A DNA stretch of 64,000 nucleotides from Raillietiella orientalis (GCA_036172245.1 JAYWIR010000058.1:310001-374000); one strand, 5' to 3'. Counted from the first letter of the stretch, positions 42,482-57,099 are shown. A program made the numbers and translations. Notes: generated by a model not told the origin, from the letters alone.

Positions 42482-45299
42482 TATTTAATTCTGCAACTGA
42501 TTATGCAATTCCGTCTTGGCCACCTCCTGAACTCAACATTTAGATGCACTAACAATCCATTATTGTATTGTGAAAACCTAATATTTAGAATACCTTCGCT
42601 CACTTCTCGCAAGTATAGCCAGAAACAAGGTAACATCTATCTATCTAGCGTATGAAGCTTGAATTTGTTGATCATATGTTTTTTCATGTTTCTAATTCAT
42701 GTAATGCTGGTAAAATTCAAAATATTGTATACTAGGTCATTCTTTGTCAAGTATTCTAAATATATTTTAACTCGGCCACAACTAAAATTCGAATTTAAGT
42801 GTTCTTTTTTAGTGTAGCTTTTAAACACTAAATTTAATGATTTATAATTATTGAAGTTTTCAAATCAAATTAGTTTAATATGTGTTAACCTTTTTTAATT
42901 TTGAAGGATAATATGCCATAATGCATTTATTTTGGTGATTTTATTAACAACTGTATCTCCCATTGGATGAGCAATTAAAATTCTTGTGTTCCATAAAAAG
43001 AAATCAGCTTTTTAATAAAAAGAAAGATTACTTATAAATGAATTGTTACACTATGTAATTTGTACACACTGTGTAGCTTAATCCGACCATATAAGTTTGA
43101 TATACAAACTGAAGCAATGAAAAGTATTACAGATCCACAGTATACCTAGATTATACGAATGAATACTGATACTTTGCTTAATTGTATTCATTCATTTTGA
43201 TATCAATTACCAATAATTTACTATGATAACGAAGGATTAGAGAATAATGCAATAATTCATCGATAAACTAGAAGTCACTTAATGGAATGACCTTATATCT
43301 GAAAAACTCTACTTTTTCATAAGAACAAATTCGAGAATATATTTAAAATTTGGAGACTTTATTATCATGAATTTTTGATGTAAAAGAAATTATCCATTGA
43401 ATTTAGTTCTTTTTTATTCAAGAAATGAACGAATAGCACGGCTCGAATTGACAACTGACTTCACAGTTTGCAAAACTTATCTGATTTCAAATTTAATATA
43501 AAAAATTAATCTTTGATTTAGAATCGAGTAACTGACTGATCTGTACGTTTAACTCTGACGATAAAATTCCTCGCTTTTTTTGACTTACTGTTTTTTTTCT
43601 CCTCCCATTATTGAGGTAATAAAATAAGGAAAGCCGCACAGCCTACCATAATTCTGTCTCATCTTTCTAAACTTATTCTCGAATTCGTCCAAGGTATCAA
43701 TTTTGTGCCATACAACTGACCTGCAAAAACTTCAAATCCTACTCAGAGCTCTATCTGTTAACTTTCTTTTGTTTCTGGTTTTTTTCTTTTAAAGAAAATA
43801 GCTAAATGAGTATGTTTACCTTATTGAGTTGTTTTTGTTTAATTGCAATTTGCCATACTTATGGCAATGTCCTTTTTCAAAGTTGCCACTGAAAATATCG
43901 AAATGCTGCTCACCTTACACACATTAATCTAGTTTTAAAGCCGATTAGGTGTCTGAAAATATACTGCATTTCTGACAGACATTGGTATTTATAGCAAAAT
44001 AATAATTCATTTTTATATTTGTTATAATAACTGAAAATAATTTGTACTTTATTTTTGAGCAATAATAGTTTATGTATAAGAATCGGTACTGATTTATTCA
44101 GTATAGGATGTTTTTGCTTTCTTTCCTATTTCCTAACTTTGAGGATGGAGCATTTAGTAGACCAGACTCAAGATGATATTGCTCGGACTGTTTTTATGAT
44201 TCAGCCTCTTGATGTGGTTAAACAGACAGAATTATTAGGATAATAAATCCAGTTCCAACATGAGCTCTTTAGCATACAGAAACTAAAAGTCTCACAGAGG
44301 AAGACAAACAAACATAACGAACATGATTGGAGAAAATATTTCAGTTATTAAAGTTAAATCAAGAAGTCAGCTGCTCTCAAAAGTCCACACGAGAATCAAC
44401 AGCAAAAAATAAGCGAAGGGCAGGAATCATTGGGTGCAAAATTTGAAACGTGAATACTTTTTGTTATAATGACTTAGAGAAATTCAGTGACTGTTTTACA
44501 TTGCAAGTGCGAAAGTGTTCCTTCTTTCAACAACAGTGATTCTAAGAATCAGGTACCCAAATTAGCTTGAAATACCCGAAGGAATACAAAAATTCTAATA
44601 AATTAAAAAAATGTTACCAGGTTTCTTGTTACAACATAGACTTATAACGAATCTCGTAAAAAAGAAAAAACAACATAAACCTTACCAAAGAAAAGGAAAA
44701 TGAACAGAGTATGCGTTTATAGCAATTTCCAAGAACAAATCAGAGTCATGAACTGTTATAGACCAAAAGTTTTGATTAAAAGTAGTAAAATTAGAAGTAA
44801 TTTTCTGATCCAAAGAGTCTGCATTCTGGGATAGTTATAATTAGTTTTTCTCATTCTCATCTTCAGTTGATTTCAATCTTACTGATGTTAGAGCTAGGTC
44901 CTCATCAACTAAATCAGACTTCTAATTATTAAGACTTCTTGCAACATGTAAGAATGCATTGCCTTAGGCAGTAATGATTTCATTGTGCAGACTGGAGTGC
45001 ACTGCTTTTCCTGTCTATAGGGTCAACAAATGAAAGAATCACGTAGCATGCACGTAGTCTCTAGAAATAAACACAATTTGCCTTCGATTCTATAGAACAT
45101 AATGTTGCATTGAGAGCCGACGTTGTTAGCGGCTATTGCTTAGATATCTGGAAAATCCATTTGCCCCAGAATATAGCAGTGGACTTTTCGAGTCACTAAA
45201 GACATAACCTCTGATGCCGAACTGTGAACCATAGGACAGGGATAATAAGACACAGATATGGTATCTGTGGAGAGCTCGTCACTCCGTGCTTCTCCATTC

Positions 45300-47000
45300 C
45301 ACTGGATCTCACCAACTTTATCTCACAGTGCTCGGAGGCAGCCTTGTGCTAATTATCATAAGATTCCTAAAGTGATGCAGAAATGTGAGGCTCGGAGTTC
45401 CTTCGTTTGAGATGCTCCTCTTTCCAGAATCTGTGGACTCCTTTTGACACAGAGACGTCTAGGAACTTATTATCCCTGTCCTATTAAAGGCAAATCCTTG
45501 ATCTTCGTTTTGAACAGTCACGGAACTAATAGCTGGGCCAGAAGACGACGAACGAAATCTTTCCTGACAGTTAGCATGACAATCAATCGATCCTAGGGAT
45601 CAGACAGATGACATCTACTCAGCTTGTTGAGATTCGAGATCAGCAATTGTTCCAGATCCGTGATAACTGGTTATGTGGAAAGATGGGGTGTTGGACGGGT
45701 TGTCAATGTTAGGGAATAGTTTGGAGATGGCAAGGTCCGAGAATTACATGGAAACCTTGGATCGTTCCTAGCAAAGAAGTCTGAAGTCAAGAATGGGACC
45801 AATGCGACCTCGAAAATTACTCGGAAAGAACAAGAAAATGATGAATAGGTACTCCTGCTAATGACGCTTACAAGGAAGACTGACTGGAGCTGTCATCTGA
45901 TGGCATGTGAAGAATGTCAAGGATGGGGGATTAAGGCGATCTCACGCTTACGGATGAAATAGCTCTTTCGCACTCAGCATAACACAGCAAGTGTTCTTGA
46001 TTATCGTTCCAGCCGAGTTCACTGGCGAGGAAGTCCAAGGAAGCTGAGAGCCGAGGTACTGCAGGGAAGAGCGCCGTGCTCGGCTCGTTAGAGACAGAGT
46101 AGTTCGTGGTCCCAGGTTATCCTGCTCTCGGTAAGTAGGGGATCTTCACAGGTGGGAAGGACTACCACGCACTTTTCCTTTCTAGCACTTTTCTAGACAT
46201 CAGTTCCCTAGCTAATTTGGTTGCTTCCAACCGAAGCAGCAATCTTGGAAATTCTCTTAGACTCGAGAGAGGCTGGAGCGAGAGACTTCCTTACAGTTCT
46301 GAGGCCTAAATTCTATAAGAAGGTGAAGGAGATGGAAGAGTCCTCGCTATCACCACATTTCGACATCCTTAAACTTCGTTTCCTTAAACTTCTGTTTTCT
46401 GCGCCCGTTCGCGGACAGAGAAGACGTTTGGGTATCTCGTTCTAGAAGATTGGTTCAGGACACAGGACAATTCCAGACTAGTCGCGTCACTCTTTTATGG
46501 ATTGAATGGAAGCGGAATACAGATAACATAGAACATTGATAGAGAATGGGTTAGGAGGAAGATAAGTGGGAAACACCTGGATAAAACCAGTCCTTTCCAA
46601 GTCTGAACCTTTTCAATACGTAACTTTGAAGAGAAAAGAAAGCCCTACTTTCCTTACCCACTTTGGAATTCTGCGTTTTGCCTTTGAGGAAATTTCCTCT
46701 TCCCTGCCACCCCATTGCCGATTCTGGGTGAAAATGGTCATCCAATGATGAAACACCCAATCCTCCAGCTTTGGGACTTCGCCAATGCTACGAGGAATCT
46801 TGGAGGAAGTTTTCAGCTTCATCTCGAAACTTTCCAAGTACTGATGATGGTGATGAAGCGTATGCCGATGCATATAGCAAAAAGGTTCAAACCTGAACCT
46901 TTCTGCTCCGTCCATTCAGTCGACTGCTATCGAAAGTGCTTCAAGCAATCTCCTGGAAAAGCAAAAATCTAAGAAGCAGTTTGGTTTCAAAACTGGAATG
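45300..47000 (-). mobile_element. Decayed non-LTR retrotransposon (LINE) remnant, boundaries approximate
   Basis: Frameshifted RT-like motifs occur in the expected order on the minus strand: TFDS (about 46930, cf. AFDS), then GFIQVFPTYLPPNPFSIN (about 46590-46535, cf. GVPQGSxLSPxLFNI). GC is higher than in the flanks and there is no intact ORF. Confidence 0.4.
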
Positions 47001-48891
47001 GGAACCGGATGCTTCCTCCATCTCGTTCCTTCTTTGATTCTTCGGCTAGTTATTGTTTAGATATTCGGGGCAAACTCAAAGACTAAAGTTTTATTATAAT
47101 TATTATTGTTACAGAGAAGAATATCTACCTTTCCCCTAGTACTTATCCTCATTAGCACACACGAGAGACACTGATTATTATGGCATACTTAACAAAATGA
47201 TAATGTTAAAGGTTCAGGTTCCTAAAAATTTTTTGCGATTCCAACGAAATTCATGGATCCCTAACTGAAGAGAAAATCTCCGCGAACACTTAACCGCTTG
47301 CTTTTCTGAATAAGCGATGATTCCCAGAGGGTCTCTTATAGTTCATGGCTACTGAACTGAAACTTCTGACGTTTCCAAAATTTTCTTAAACCTTCTCATT
47401 GTTTCTTTTCCTTGGCTCCTGAGCATGAATATACCTTGACTAATATATGCAGTTTTCAACTGCAAGAAATTACAATTGGCGCGTTACTTTTATTTGAGGT
47501 TTTTCGTGTATTTACATTCACAGTTTACGAAGAAAACATAAGAAACATTTCAATGTTTGTTTTCGTTTTTGTTTTTGAAATCCAATCTACTGTTTTGCAC
47601 TAATAAAATGAAATCAAGAAAATAAGGCGATTGAAATAGGCGTGCATCATAAAAAAATTAATATGAAACAAATGGATGATCGCATGAAGACAACCGCCAA
47701 AGTTTTAAAGATTGACACACAAAAAATTGCTGATATAAATAATCGTAAGCAAGTATAAACATAATTCCATGTTGAAGATGTTAAACCATGGTAACGAAGC
47801 ATTTTACATCATGATTTTCATAATTAGTGCATTCTTTTTGCGAATTCGTTGTATTTAGTACCTCTCACTTTCCAAACTGCATCTGGCGAATGTTCATTTA
47901 TGAGAACCAAAAGTAAAACTGAGAGCTGGGGGGAGGAATGCATAATATTTTATGCATATTAGGCTTCGGGTTGAAAGATACGAGAGGTATTGGAAAATAC
48001 ACAAGATATTTGACAAGAGTGAAATGAGTTTCGAAAGTCATAAATACTGTTTTTGTGATACAAGAAATTTATTCAGAAAATAAAATCACTGCACCGCAGC
48101 CCTTCTTATTATCTCATATGAATACCGAAAGATGCTCTAATGAGGATGCATATTAGTTTATGACTTAATATGCGTCCGCTCACTTTAACAAATCGGAGAT
48201 CATGAAATTCTGAAAGAAAGAAACGTAAATGACTCAGATGAGTGGAAAGCAATGGACAAACTGGTGATATGTGCCCATTGGTGCTAATGAAATCAAATCG
48301 ACTTCAAAATATTGAATTCAAAATATAAAGCTCGTCACACGAGATAATCAGGCAAGAAAGGAAATCGATTAAAACCCATCATAGAAGGAACTAAAGATCA
48401 CCATGACATTTGATTCCCATGTTTATTGGAATTAAAATTTTGACTTCCAGTTCTTTTCATAATTATTCAGAGCATTTCCTTTAGGCATACTTGAGTAAAG
48501 AAACAGTGGGGAAAAAGATTTTCTCAGGTATTAGCAACCTAGTTTAGTATATGTGTGTGTGTTTTGAGAAAAAAATGCGGACCATAAATACTTTTTTGTT
48601 AAATACTTGTTTTTGCTGGAAATCTTGTAAACAGTAGAGCGAGAAACCTGTTACAAAATATCCAAAGACAAAAAGCAAAAGAACTATATCAGATTTATGT
48701 GGAACTTACCTCCAATTCGTAAATAAACACAAACATATGGGTCTTCAAGGACAGAAGAAATTAGGAGACCTTTTCCTACAATGCTAATTAAGATTTCTAT
48801 AAAATAACATGCGAATACATATGAAGAACTTGGGATGTACGTTTGTAATACACATATTTGATTACCTCTAACTATAAGGATATATATTAAC

Positions 48892-48950
48892 GAAAGTGAA
48901 CACAAATACTGAAAAGTGAACACAAATACTGAAAACTGAACACACAACTG
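48892..48950. repeat. Tandem repeat, about 20-bp unit, about 3 copies
   Basis: gaaagtgaacacaaatact gaaaagtgaacacaaatact gaaaactgaacacacaact. Confidence 0.8.
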
Positions 48951-49699
48951 CGTTGGTATTCCGTCCGCTTATGGTTATAACTTGTTTCATACTGCATTGA
49001 TGACTTTTTTTGTATTAGAACTAATCAAACCTTGTGGAGATTATTAAACCAACCAAAAACTTCGTGTATGAAGCGTATGGAAAGGGAAATTTTTATGCAT
49101 TTGAACAAATTGGGGAACATATACATATGTACTCATGCTCTCAATAGGTGCGGAATTCAGTGTTACTTATAAATCCATGTTACTGCTGTTATAAGGCTGA
49201 TGTGTAGTATTTCATACTTTTCTCCAATTTTTCATTTTGTTTAGGATAATTTTCTATCATTTGTATTCCTGCTCAAATGCTCACGTTTGTTTCTATTCTA
49301 TTTTTAGCTTCCGATGTTCTTATTGTTGAAAACATCTGGAATTCGATTATGATTTACAGCAGGTGTAATTCATTCTTTAATGTTACTGAGTGCTTTTATT
49401 ATTAATGCTGTGCTGTGAACAACTCATCTTCGTCTTCTTTCTAAAGCAGGTGGTTTAAGACAGAGCTAAAAGTCCATGACTGTTAAGAATCGGTGGGGAA
49501 AAGCGCTACTTCTGAAAAAGCACTAACATTATTAATATTTTTGGTTGTGAATCGAAGAATATATCTTTCAATTAAATTTCAAATTAAGATCTAGACCTGT
49601 TTTAATACTATCAGTTTTTAGATTATAGAGCTATATTTCAGAAACTTGAGCAAACAGGTAACAGATAACTTGAGTTTAAATAATATTAGTGTAAATCAG

Positions 49700-50250
49700 A
49701 TAATGGAAAAGTTCCACAGATACTCATCACAGAGAAGACTTCTACGTAATAGCCGAAGAGTGCCTAGGCTTTGCACGCCCAAAATCATGCTGGGAACCAT
49801 TCCCAAAATAGTGACTGTTGACACTCTGCTTTGGCTTATTCCGAGGACAATGGATGAAAACCATTGCTGCAACAGAATTAGTAATAACTTAGCGGAGATA
49901 TGAAGTATTGTGGATGCTTTAGGAATCCCAGGACAAATTAGACTAAAGAGAGAGTGGAAAGATGATTGGAATGCAGCCGACAGGTCTAGTATAAGAAAGA
50001 GAAGAATTCCAGAGTATCAATGATATAAACGGCAGAATACAAAAGGCAGATGCTGATCACAAGACAAATTCTGGAGAAAGGAAGGGAAGGAAAAGAATGG
50101 GGTGGATGTGAGCACTCTGCCAACTTTGCAGATTGTGACCACAAAGAAACTCTCTAGTCTAATAGAAATCACTTCTTCCAAATCTCTGGACTTTGTATGT
50201 GTCAGCAATGGAACTAGAGCTTTCTTTTAAGAACATAGGCTACATCTTTT
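49700..50250 (+). mobile_element. Possible decayed LINE ORF2 3' end
   Basis: WKDDWNAADRSSIRKRRIP followed by LCQLC...HFF, resembling a broken C-terminal CCHC motif. The frame has stops. Confidence 0.3.
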
Positions 50251-52705
50251 TCTGATTTGAATTCAAGAATAAGAGAAGCAGAGTTATGAATTCCTAGAGT
50301 CTACGAGTGAACAAAGGCGGGTAAAAATCTTTAAAACGTATGAGAGAACACATGTTATCATGTAAACATGATGAAACTGTCTTGCGACCTTGGGGTAATG
50401 TGAGGGTGAAAGTTTCTTAGTCAAGAACCGGCAAAGACGCCAAGGTTGAACATTATTAGGCAAGAAAGTAGCGTTTGGGAGTATTCTTCAGTCTTCTGCA
50501 GATGGGTACGAAACGTCAGTACCTTAAAAACGCAAGCTCTAAAACTTGTTCCCAATAAATCCGATGAAGATTTTCTCCTTGAGGAAGTTTTAACTAAAAT
50601 TTTTCATCGACAAGTGATTCGAACAATTCCAAGGCTTGATCGTCTTGAAAAAATATAAGTATCTTCATGAAGCAAATGAGCCATATACTCCTGCCGTTCT
50701 TAAGGGCTAACCCGACTTGTAAAGGATGTTAAGAGTTTCTTCAGTTTTTAGTGAACAAAATCAAAGAATTCTGCTTTGAAAAAAAATTTATTACAAGATT
50801 GAACAATTCCGTATCTGTAACGAAAACAAAAAAATTTCAGGCAACATTTCAGAGTCATGGAAACTTTTGTGTCTAACGGTATAAGACATGCTCGGTATAA
50901 CACGAAGGTATGTTACACCAAAGTTTCCCGTTTGTGTAACAGTTTTTCTTCGATTCACCCCGTACTCTACTAATGTAAAGTTTCTGAAAGGTTCTTTCAT
51001 TCGGCTTTCAATCTTGAATCAATGCAAATAAGTTGACTAACAGAAAGGAAATAGGACACAAAATCATACCCCGGTTTAATTTTATCTGATAAAACCATTT
51101 TTTTTCTGTATATGGAAAAACTGCTTTCCCTTGATCACAGAAAGAATATTCTTGGTGCAACATTTTGTATTCATGAATAATCCATAGTGGAGTAAGGTGC
51201 CGTTACCGTTGTTTCAATGCAGCAGTGGGATTCAGTTCTTATGGATAAGGCACATGCATCAATAAAAAGTCTTTTAGTTCGTGTCGTTTATTCAGACAAT
51301 ATGGTTAGTTTCCAAACCGGGCACCCTAAACTGCTTCTGTAATAGCAGCTTGTTTTAATATGTCTGAGCATTTCAAGTAAACATATGCTACTTGAGGTCC
51401 TGCTTCGAAAATAATGTTCACAACACGTTTCCTTTATGAACACCATTCAGATTGTAGGCTCTTTCCGAATGCCTATTTGGAACCTCTTCCCACATGCAGC
51501 TCTTCATATTCTTAAATGAAGTTGATATGCTCACGGCTTAGGTTTTCTGTTTTTTTCTCCCTAAACAGTGCGATTCTCTCAGAATGCATGAGTCAGCATC
51601 ACTTTTGTTTGAATGTCAATGTTCAATAACACTCCCAACAAGAATTCACTTTTATTTTATTCCACGTTTCATACTTTTGTATCTTGGCATTTCCCACTTC
51701 GTTTTGTTGATTTTCTTTGCATAAATCGATACTCCTTATCTTCTTAGGTGCACTTTTCTTTCAAAAAAGGTTTCGCTTTTCCTGAAGACAAAACTCAACG
51801 TCGGTACCTTTTCCTGTAGCTATCTGCATCACTAAAAAAGGATCTACGTTTTTGGACGGAACGATTTGTGAATCCAAAGAACCAACGGTGATAACCATAT
51901 ACCAGCTCTGTATTCTTGATTTAGTGAAAGACAGAATCAAGAGAGTAAAATGGCTATTCTCGTAATTATTTTTTAATCTTTGGGAGGAGTTCTGACATTT
52001 CATGCGTACTTGGACCACAAAACTCTCTCTAGACTTGACCGAGCGTTCTAATATCTGTTTGTAATATAATGAAGACAAGGTATTCTATGCTTGTGGCATC
52101 GTCAAATTTACCTTGTGGATGATTCATTTTAATAGCTGGATGGGAGCAATCCTATTGCAACTATTGAAATGTGACAATTGCGATGTCTAAAGTTTCAAAC
52201 ATTATAATTGCTAACTGCATCCATAAAAATCATCATAAACAAAACAAATTACAATTATTTGCTTATATGGAGATATATTTTTATAAGAACGCACTCCACT
52301 CTTTCACATCATAGACTGATGCTAGTGATCGCTGCTGAATCTTTCACATTTTTTTTTTTTTCTCGAAAGAATAAACGGAATTTTCAGGCTGTCCAATTTT
52401 GAAAAATGCTGTTACATAAAGTTTCATCGAAGCATAACATTGGTTTCACTAACCGTATATTTATATTTTTTTACTACAAATCCCACCAATTTTCCTTTAC
52501 AGATGCTGACTTCGATACCGATGTGTATCGACGCATATGATGGGCAAAATTTAAACGTAAAATGTAATGTATGCGTGTAAAGTAACAATTTGTAAGGTCT
52601 TTAAGGCCGAAGGCATTATTTCTAAATGGTTTTCCTTACTGAAGAAGGTAAAAAGTTTCATCATAGTGTCCTTCGTTAGGTCATATTCAACCAAAAAATC
52701 TCGGA

Positions 52706-52713
52706 TATAAATA
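52706..52713 (+). promoter_or_regulatory. TATA box candidate for the Gly/Tyr-rich gene
   Basis: TATAAATA about 125 nt upstream of the proposed ATG at 52838. Confidence 0.45.
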
Positions 52714-52837
52714 CAAGGAGTGTGTGCAAAAAAAAAAAAAAAACAAACAAACAAGGAGACGTGAACGGGAGACACTTTTTTTTCTTCCTCCTGATTCTGA
52801 AGACGATCGTGTATTTGTGAAAGAGCTTGTGTCATAG

Positions 52838-53842
52838 ATGGATAGAAAAACACTAATTCTGGGGGTACGTATTTTCATGTTGCTTTCGGAGTGATAAGGA
52901 CTGTTTATTGGAGCCACCCAGTAATCGTTAACTCTATTGCGACTTTGCTTAGAACTGGGAAAGCTTCGGAAGTTTTTTCCAGTCGAAGTTTCTTGAAATG
53001 TTCCACGATCTGATATTACCGATTCAAGAGCTCCTATGAGGGAGATTCGCATCGGGAGCGCCGCTGTCACTGCGTAATTTCGGAACGAAGGAACACGAAA
53101 ATTACGACCGTAAAGAGAATCAAAAGAAGCGTTTGCCTTTTCCACCGTTTGTTCTTTTTTTTTTTTAATCGTTGCAATGATTATCTGTCATCAGCGTCGC
53201 GTATTCAGGACAGATACAAAAGTGTATTCCTGAAAGAGTGAATGAGATTTTCGAATTATTTTTGTGAATCGCTTCACAGACTATTCTCTCTCGAACCATC
53301 AAAAATTTTTCGCTTTTGGAAACGGGCACAAAGAAAGAAAATACGAGACGAATTGAGTGGTTCCCGATTTGAATGCACTGGTTCTTGCCTCTTGCACCGA
53401 AAACTCATGTGTTTCTGAATTTTGTGCAACTCTAGAGGCGCGAAACTACTACCAAAATCTCTTCTTCCAGTGCCTCCCGATCGTCCTCATAGCCCTGTTC
53501 GCCGCCTTTGTCGGGGCGGACTATGCACCCCCGTCCTACTCCATCGGCATTCCTTCTTATGGAGCACCCGCTCCCACATATCAGCCATCGTATCCATCGT
53601 ATGGTGTTCAACCATACCAGCCTTACGGGGTCTACAGAGGAGGAGGAAGAGGAGGAAAGGGAAAGGGAGGAGGCAGGAGGAGGAAAGGTGGCAGCAAAGG
53701 AGGAGGAAGGCGGAGGGGTGGAAAGAAAGGAGGCGGCGGGGGTGGCGGCTATGCTTATATCCAAAGCAGACCGGTGTACGGTCAATATCACAACCAGCGA
53801 CCCGTATACGGAGGATACGGACGCAGTTTCGGTTACTTCTGA
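52838..53842 (+). CDS. Secreted Gly/Tyr-rich protein with a Lys/Arg-Gly block, about 132 aa, 2 exons (52838-52864, 53471-53842)
   Basis: Exon 1 MDRKTLILG|gtacgt joins in phase 0 to cttcttccag|CLPIVLIALFAAFVGA, forming a signal-peptide-like leader. The rest is DYAPPSYSIGIPSYGAPAPTYQPSYPSYG...RGGGRGGKGKGGGRRRKGG...GGGGGGGYAY...RPVYGGYGRSFGYF*. The exon 1 assignment is inferred. Confidence 0.8.
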
Positions 53843-56800
53843 AATGCATCCGTGATCGCCGGTGTTCCGGACGTGGAATCAAAATACTCTGCCCAATGCT
53901 TGACAGATGGAAGGAAAAGAAACAAAAAGAATACACATACACACCTATATTTATTGGAAACAAGATCTCAAGCGTTTTATTGGCGATTTCGAGGAGGGGG
54001 TTCCTGAGAATGAGACCAGGCTCTTGCGGAATCGGTCGGTCTTCGCAGGCCATCGCCTAGAGATGCGAGTCGAAGTATCGGGACATAAGGAAGAGGGTCG
54101 GAGGTGCCATCCCCCCTTCTGCAGCGTGCTTAGAATTGACTGTCTCCAGCCCAGACTCTCTCAGCGCGCTCGCAAGCGGGAAGCGCACACGAGAACGCGT
54201 TCTCTGCGCAGGCAGAGTAGGAAGAGAAGGTCTGCTCCAAGAGAGGAGGGGTTCCGACAGCAAGCAAAGAACGGGGAGAAGGTCAGGCGTGAGCCGCCAC
54301 CTCCAATATAGGCTGCGGCAATGACGAAACAAGTCACCGCCCCGAGATGAGAAGGAAAGTCCTCCTGGATATCGAATGGACGAGGACTCTTCCCAAAGGC
54401 CGGTTGTGTTGTCAGCACTTGGTACGCTGACAAGACGCCCTCCATCCCTTTTGCGCTTCTTTTTTCTCTCCTTGGTACTCTCGTAGGATTGCCACGAGAT
54501 TTCGAGGGGCTGTAGGAAGACACAGAGAGGAGGAGGAAGAATGGATGGGGAAGAGGGGGGAGAGAGAGGGGGGAAGGAAGAACTTCCGTCATTTCGCGAC
54601 AGCTGTCCATGTTGCTGCGGTGGCCAAGCTGGAGAGCACCCCTCCTCCCACCTCTGCCCTTCGTATATTCTGGAAAGTCTCAAGGTCGCCCGCCTCCTTT
54701 GTGGTTGCCTTCGAATCGCGGCGAGGCTTCCGAGCGAGTCTTCCGTCGGCCGTCATGAAGGGCTCCTTCGGAGGTTCTCGAAGGTTGCCCCTTGAACTGT
54801 TCTTCCCGAGGCGACCACGACCACGAGACTCTTGAGGGGGTAAGGAATGGAAACCCTTTGAGAGTCTTCGTTTTTGGTGACCGTGACGACCCTTCTGATG
54901 TTAGGTGGTGATCCCCCTCTTCCCTTTTCCTCGCCGTCCCCTCTGAGTTGTGAGAAGGAGTTGGGGGCACGCCTTCGGCACGGGGTGCGCAGACCCCAGT
55001 TCCCCAAATCCCATCAACTGCTGAAGGGAGTCGTTCCATCCTTCTCCCCTCCTCGGAGGAGCTGCTGCTACCTATGCACCGCTACCCCGAGAGTTGTTGG
55101 AAGCAGTTCTCCCCCTCTGTTTCCCTGCTTCCTCCAGGACGGTCTTCCGTCCTTGGAGAACGGAAGAGCAAAAAGATTTCACCCCTCTCCTTTACAGCCT
55201 CAACCTCCGGTCCCATCTGGTCGCTTAGCAATGCGAACGAAGAGAATCCTCCCTCCCATCTCTTTTCTTCCGCCCGTCTCGCGATACCTCTGGAAGAGGA
55301 TACTTCTGCGGAAAAAATGGCACGTGGTCACTCGGCCCGCCGGGACGAAGCGACCGTGTTCATGCGGGGATGTGCGCGCACGGCGCCCCAACCGACGTCC
55401 TGCACCCCTCTCGCGAGGATGTCTCAGATGCCGCTGCTCGCAGCCAGAAGGCGCCTCTGCTTCTGGAAATACACCGCTCTGTTCGGAGCGCAACTCCTCT
55501 TGCGAACGGAGGGTCCTCCCGAGAAAGTTGGGCAAACCGCCACAGACATCTGAAGAATTTCGAAAATCCAACCATGCTATCTGGGCGTGATTCCAGCCTC
55601 CGGAAGTGGCAGTCCTTTGTACTTTCTCCACGCGTCGCACAAATGTGGCAACAGCAATTTTGGGATGTTCCGATGATGAATGCGAGGGTCCGGAATTTTA
55701 ACAATTCTTTTTATGGCAGCCGTCACGAGCCAAAGCCTTATGCAACCCCGCATTAATATCGGAAGATTTCAAACTCTTTGTGTGTTAATTCATCTGAATT
55801 TTATTCAGATTTCGTTCATATGCACCTTCATAATTTAATACGGCGACGCAATCTTCTCAATCGCACTGCATCCGTATCCGTCCGTTTTCTCGGTCACGCC
55901 AATCGTTCATTTCACGTGGGCACATTCCCTCTTTGATTGTTGCGGCGATAAATCTGCGGGAGGAGGAGGGGGGGAGTGCACAGAAAAAATCGCCGATTGT
56001 TCGCAGTTTCGATCCAGCCGTACTGTTTTCGAAAAAACAAAAGCAGTAGCAGAGCAGGTGCGCTAGCAACCGCCAGTATAGTTTTATTTAATGGATTTCA
56101 CAAACCGAATGCTTTTGTCGGAGAATCGCAGACTCTCTGTCATTGGACTGTCTTAACTAGAATCTTCCCAACACGAACCGCGGTCTGCTATCGAGACGAC
56201 ACTACAGCCGTGTAAGCGATCAAACCCATCACCTCCCATGACCTTTCGGATTTTGCTGCTACTGCTTCCTGCTACTGAACTGCAAGTGTAAACGATCGAC
56301 ACGTAGATCAGTACTTATGCTCTTCCGCAAATTGTAGACTCAGGTTCCGGAACTCTTTTGCCAGATTATTTTCAGCTTGAGAACAATACCGAAGTACAAA
56401 GTTACACATTCATTTTAAGAAAGAAAGACGAAGGAATTGGGTTAATGAGTTCGAAAACGAGTTGCAGAATGTTCATTTCCATTTTACACGCCCTATAGAC
56501 TTTCATGCTCACAAACCAAGCAATGACCTAGATTAATTAACCAACTCTGTGTTTACATAACCTTCCAATAAAAGAGAGAAACGAGCCTTCCTGAGGAACT
56601 TGTTAGCACTTGAAGCTCATTCTCGACAGTCCTGGACTTCTTTCTCGAACAAAGTATTGGTTCCAAAAGTCTCTCTCATTCACGTAACCTTCCGTTGTAT
56701 TGAAATGTGTTCGCTCCAATTTGTTGTGGGCACGGTTAGTTTTCCCATTCTATCTAGGTTTCAGATTTTCTCAATCAGAAGTCAACACTTGCAGTCTTCT

Positions 56801-57099
56801 TTCTATGAAATTAATCAAAAGCTAGTAGATTTTGTTTGTACAGCCAGCGCTGTAGAAAAAATTGCTTCATAAAGTGAGACTAGAGTGATCGAATGCTACA
56901 TCATCGACATGATGTGCATTTTGTCATCACTTGAAATGCTATGGCAATAACTCCTAGCAACTGCTTCGGATTGTTTTTTAGGTGTCCTTTGGTTTTGAAA
57001 ATGAAAACTTGATATAAGTTTTTATTTTGTTGTTCTGACAACGTTCGGAAAGTTTCATTTTTAGTGACAAAACACGTATTCATTTGTTTTTTTCCTTAC

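Noticed and set aside
48892..48950. CRISPR-like array
   Set aside because: The repeats are adjacent with no unique spacers, the context is eukaryotic and no cas genes are present.
53422..54060. Alternative-frame and antisense ORFs over the Gly-rich gene
   Set aside because: These are shadow ORFs caused by GGA/GGC-rich, stop-poor sequence. Only one frame gives a signal peptide and a coherent composition.
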